Shown here piece by piece: positions 60,136-64,000 of a stretch of 64,000 nucleotides of DNA. The stretch is from Chara braunii (Eukaryota; Plantae; Charophyceae), in NCBI GenBank assembly GCA_003427395.1, contig BFEA01000012.1:2264331-2328330 (forward strand), in the 5' to 3' direction. A model generated the notes under the pieces. The model saw only the letters and a list, made by a program, of their open reading frames with translations, made no database searches and was not told where the DNA came from. The position numbers were made by a program, and so were the translations under genes. Positions within the stretch are counted from its first letter, which is position 1, and the number at the start of each line of letters is the position of its first letter.

Positions 60136-60469
60136 AAAAAGAAAAAGTCTCTGCACTAGGGCGTATCAGGAAGTTCTTCCTGGTAGGTCCACGGGAGGTG
60201 ATCACCAGTTTTGGGTCGCCACAACCCGCCACGTCCTGGTAGAGCTACGGGAAGTGAGAGGCCCACCGGAAGTGGATCCCAGTTTGTCTTCTTTGCTCTC
60301 GTCTCCAGGGGCATTGACCGCCATGGCAATTTTAATGCCCCTTACTCCCTCCCTCCCTCCGTCCCTCCCTCCCTCCCTCCCTCTTCCCTCTCGCACTTGC
60401 TCGCACCCTCCATCCCTCCCTCTCTCTCTCCCTCTCTCTCATATACACGTACAAAACCATGCTAAAGAG

Positions 60470-61340
60470 GGGTCTCGTTAGACACTCCTAAAAGAATCCT
60501 AAAAAAAATAGGATCAGTCCTAAAAGATTTTTAGGATCTGTGGCGTCTTGGTTAGAAGAATCCTAGAAGTACAGCTTTTAGGACGAGTCTTAAATGGTAT
60601 CCCGCGGCCAGTTTCATGCATGTATACGGAGACGTGGCGCCGATGTCCGCCCATCGTCGTCCCATGTCCGTCATATACAGGGGTGCAGACCGCGGTTGTG
60701 TTTCGCCTGCCGAATCCCAATTGCGTGAGTGCCATTTGATGCATTCCCGGGCGGCGAAGACAGGCGGGCCACGCCCACGTATAGCACGGGCACGAGGTCG
60801 GTGATGGAGTGGATGTTGGTGGCGGTGGCCATGTGTTGTCTGCTGAGGAGCAGGGTGCAGTAGTGCTGACGGTGACGGCTGTCGTTCTCCGCCCGCAGAT
60901 CGGCAAACCATCATCGGTGCACCACCCTTTCTCCCTCCGCAAAGCTTCTGCACCCAAAGGTGGACTACAGCGGGGGCAGGACACTGCAAGACGTCCCCTA
61001 CAAGATTCGCCTCCCCCCCTCTGCCCCAATGGCTAGAGGCTCTGGCTGTTGCCGTCGTCCCACTGCCAAAGGCCTGCAATGTCCATGCAGTGGCCCCACG
61101 AACAACTTCTGCGCCACGGAGTTGTGGACATTGCTGCCCTGCACGTGTTGGCCAAGCTCCGTGAGACACGGACTCCCGAATTTTAAAGCTCCTCGTGAGT
61201 AGCTTTATTTTTTCGGTCGTTTTGCCTGGGGATTCCTTAAAGAAAATTGGAATGCTCCTTACGCTGTTTGCACATTTTCTTCACGATTTCCTTTTTAGGA
61301 AGCATCTAACCACAATGCGAAGGAGTGTCTAACGAGATCC
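60470..61340. mobile_element. Non-autonomous Harbinger/Tourist-like element
   Basis: 20-bp TIRs GGGTCTCGTTAGACACTCCT / AGGAGTGTCTAACGAGATCC (19/20); right flank TAA, left flank not matching. Confidence 0.7.
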
Positions 61341-62930
61341 TAAGTGTTTGTTCACTTTCTAGGAGAGATGTCCGTGGCCACAGGCTTGGACATTTTCCTG
61401 ATTCCCTTGGCAGGGGACCATAAATGACCTTCCAAAATGCGAGATTGCAATCGGATGAGAATTTCCCCTTGCTACCTAGAGTAATTGCTCCTGGCCCGTC
61501 TTCCAGATGGGAGGTTTGGGCCTGCCCTTGAAAAATGGCCACATGCTCACTGCAGCCGTTCAGTTCCCTCCCATTCCTTCTTTTGTCGTTCCTGATCTGA
61601 CCCCCCTCCTTCAGTCAAGTCTCCCTGGCGCACCCCCATCCCCTTAGTCCTACCTCAGTGTCTACCACTCAGGACAATCACCCCTCTCACATCTTGGTGG
61701 GAGTCTGCAACTCGGGATAATCACCCCTCTAACATCGTGGTGGGATGAGCTGACCGGACAGAGGTTGGAGGCACTACCGCTAAGCAGGAACCTTACTCGG
61801 CCCTGGTTGAAGCATATTCGAAAGAGCCCTGTCATAGGTCGGATCAGTTATGGCAGTTTGGGCAGAAAGGACAAGAGGTGCTGTTTTTCAGCGGGGTGAT
61901 GTAGAGTGGGCTTTTCACTTGGAGGGGGTGGGACAGGAGGGATGGTGGGATGACCTGACCGGACAGCGGTTGCAGGCACCACCACTAAGCAGGAACCTCA
62001 CTCGGCCCTGGTGGAATATTTGAAAGAGCCCTGTCATAGGTGGGATCAGTTACGGCAGTTGGGGCAGAAAGGACAAGGGGTGCTGTATTTCAGCGGGGTG
62101 ATGTTGAGTGGGCTTTTTACTTGGAGGGGGTGGGACAGGAGGGATGGCGAACTTCAGCTCTGCGGAGGTATACTCTAGGGGGAATTGTACGCCGCTGAGG
62201 GAGTTGGGGTGACCCTTTAGGGGGCTGTCCTGAACTGGGGCTGATGAGGAGAGGGGGCTTCTCCCGGCGGAGGCAGTGTAGGGACAGGGGGGTGGCTTTT
62301 CTTTGAGGGGAGGGAGAAATCCTGGGGTTATTCTGTGAGCCCTTGATTGCTGCTGGTGGTGGAAGGTCACACCAGGGTGTTCTTGTGGATGGGTATAAAG
62401 TGTCCTGCTGGTGAGGAGGGCTAGCCGGTTGGATGGAAATAGGGCATAGCAGCGGTGGAAATGGTGGCTCTGCTGTTTTAAGTGTTGCTGGAGTAAGGTT
62501 AAAGGGGTCTGATGGGGTGTCCTGGTGGGATGAACACAATCAGTGTGTGACGGAGTGGGATGGAATGGGATGCATCAGAACAGCGATTTTGGTGGTGATT
62601 GGCTACTTGTCTGACACCTTGTTGATGCCGTCATACTCTTAGGATTGCAGATGACGGTGGCCAGAACGATGCTGGAAAGTGCCAGGGCTTGGTTGTGCTG
62701 CCCTGTAACCCGAGTTGGGTGGGGGCATGAGGCCTGGTTGTTCTGGGGCGGGTCGCACCATCCTGTAACCCAGCAGCTGGGGATGTGAGCCCTGGTAGAG
62801 GCTAGGTTGTTGAGAACATGAGGGTTGAGATAGGTTAGGATAAGCTGCTAAAAGGCACTAGGGGAGTTTGGTTTTGATGCTGTAAATGCCTCAAAGCTCC
62901 TGTGGAATAAGCGTAGGTAATTCAAGGTAC
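61341..62930 (-). pseudogene. Probable LINE ORF2 C-terminal remnant with internal ~200-bp duplication (61737-62147)
   Basis: AFWKVIYGPLP...KCP resembles the zf-RVT pattern; the duplication is directly visible. Confidence 0.35.
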
Positions 62931-63196
62931 TTCAATAGATTCGTAGTCTCTTTATAGTCCTCCTGAAATTGTTAGTTGGTTCATAATTGCTATCCCCAGC
63001 TGAATTTCTCTTTTCTTCTCTTCTCTTCTCTTTTCTCTCCTCTCCTCTCCTCTTCGCTCCTCTCCTCTCCTCTCCTCTTGTGCCCCCCAAAGTTCAGTAC
63101 GCGGTCCCTCTATGTGTCTGAACATTCTCTACGAGCTCCTAGAGGCAGTGTCTACTGACGTAGACAGCACCCTAGCCCAGCTCTTGTTCACGTCAT

Positions 63197-63830
63197 CCCT
63201 AATACTCTAAAGCAAAACGCGGGTCTCGCGTGACGCTTCCCGGGGCTTCCCAGGAGTACCCGTTGCCTGTTGGGCCCAGGCCGAATCGGGGCCCGGGCTG
63301 AATCGGCGGAAGGAATGTGTCAGGAGCGGCAGTTGGCAGTCGGGCCCAGGGCGATTTGGGGACCTGGCCGAATCGGCCGAAGTAATTTGCGGGTTTTTTT
63401 CGCGCCGGCGTTTTTTTTTTGGGCCGTGTGGCTGCTGTTTCCAAATCGTCATCGTCTTTGTGAATCCGCCGAAGTAATCAGCTTTTTTTCCCCTAATACT
63501 CTAAAGCAAAACGCGGGTCTCGCGTGACGCTTCCCAGGAGTACCCGTTGCCTGTTGGGCCCAGGCCGAATCGGGGCACGGGCTGAATCGGCGGAAGGAAT
63601 TTGTCAGGAGTGGCAGTTGGCAGTCGGGCCCAGGGCGATTCGGGGACCTGGCCGAATCGGCCGAAGTAATTTGCGGGTTTTTTTCGCGCCGGCTTTTTTT
63701 TTTTGGGCCGTGTGGCTGCTGTTTCGAAATCGTCATCGTATTTGTGAATCCGCCGAAGTAATTAGCGGTTTTTTTTGGCGCCAACGTTTTTTTTTTTGGC
63801 CCGTGTGGCTGCTGTTTCAAAATCGTCATC
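63197..63830 (+). repeat. Near-identical tandem repeat, ~294-bp unit x2 plus a partial copy
   Basis: CCCTAATACTCTAAAGCAAAACGCGGGTCTCGCGTGACGCTTCC at 63197 and 63491. Confidence 0.92.
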
Positions 63831-64000
63831 GGCTTTGTGGGTTTTCGAATTCGTCATCATCTGTTCGAAGTTTCGTTTTCCGCTCGCTGTTTAGGGTGAA
63901 GGTGATTGGATTTCGTCGGTGTTTGTTGGAATTCTGTGATCAATTGTGACGAAGGGCGGGCAGTGGGAACGACGAGAGAGAGAGAGAGAGAGAGAGAGAG

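Overview
Repeat-rich eukaryotic nuclear DNA, most likely a streptophyte (charophyte-like) alga. That assignment is inferred from a plant-type V-ATPase A and mitochondrial-type rpl14/rps19/rpl2/rps12 fragments. Only two intact genes are evident, both with intron-free CDSs: vacuolar H+-ATPase subunit A (29761-31632, +) and a bacterial-looking Gfo/Idh/MocA oxidoreductase (57476-58636, +). The rest is transposon debris and microsatellites: a decayed PIF/Harbinger element (Myb/SANT ORF plus convergent DDE transposase, with extra ORF-like segments between them), Ty3/Gypsy remnants, LINE-like fragments, tRNA-derived SINE heads, and several MITE families (hAT-like including a self-nested pair, pogo/mariner-like including 110-bp hairpins, TTAA-flanked, Tourist-like). 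The most notable observations are a scrambled mosaic of mitochondrial ribosomal-protein gene fragments inside a TTAA-type MITE (46168-46973), a minimal type I hammerhead ribozyme motif (38407-38451, -) attached to a dispersed repeat family, and the HGT-candidate oxidoreductase. All homology calls are from motif recognition by eye; no searches were run.
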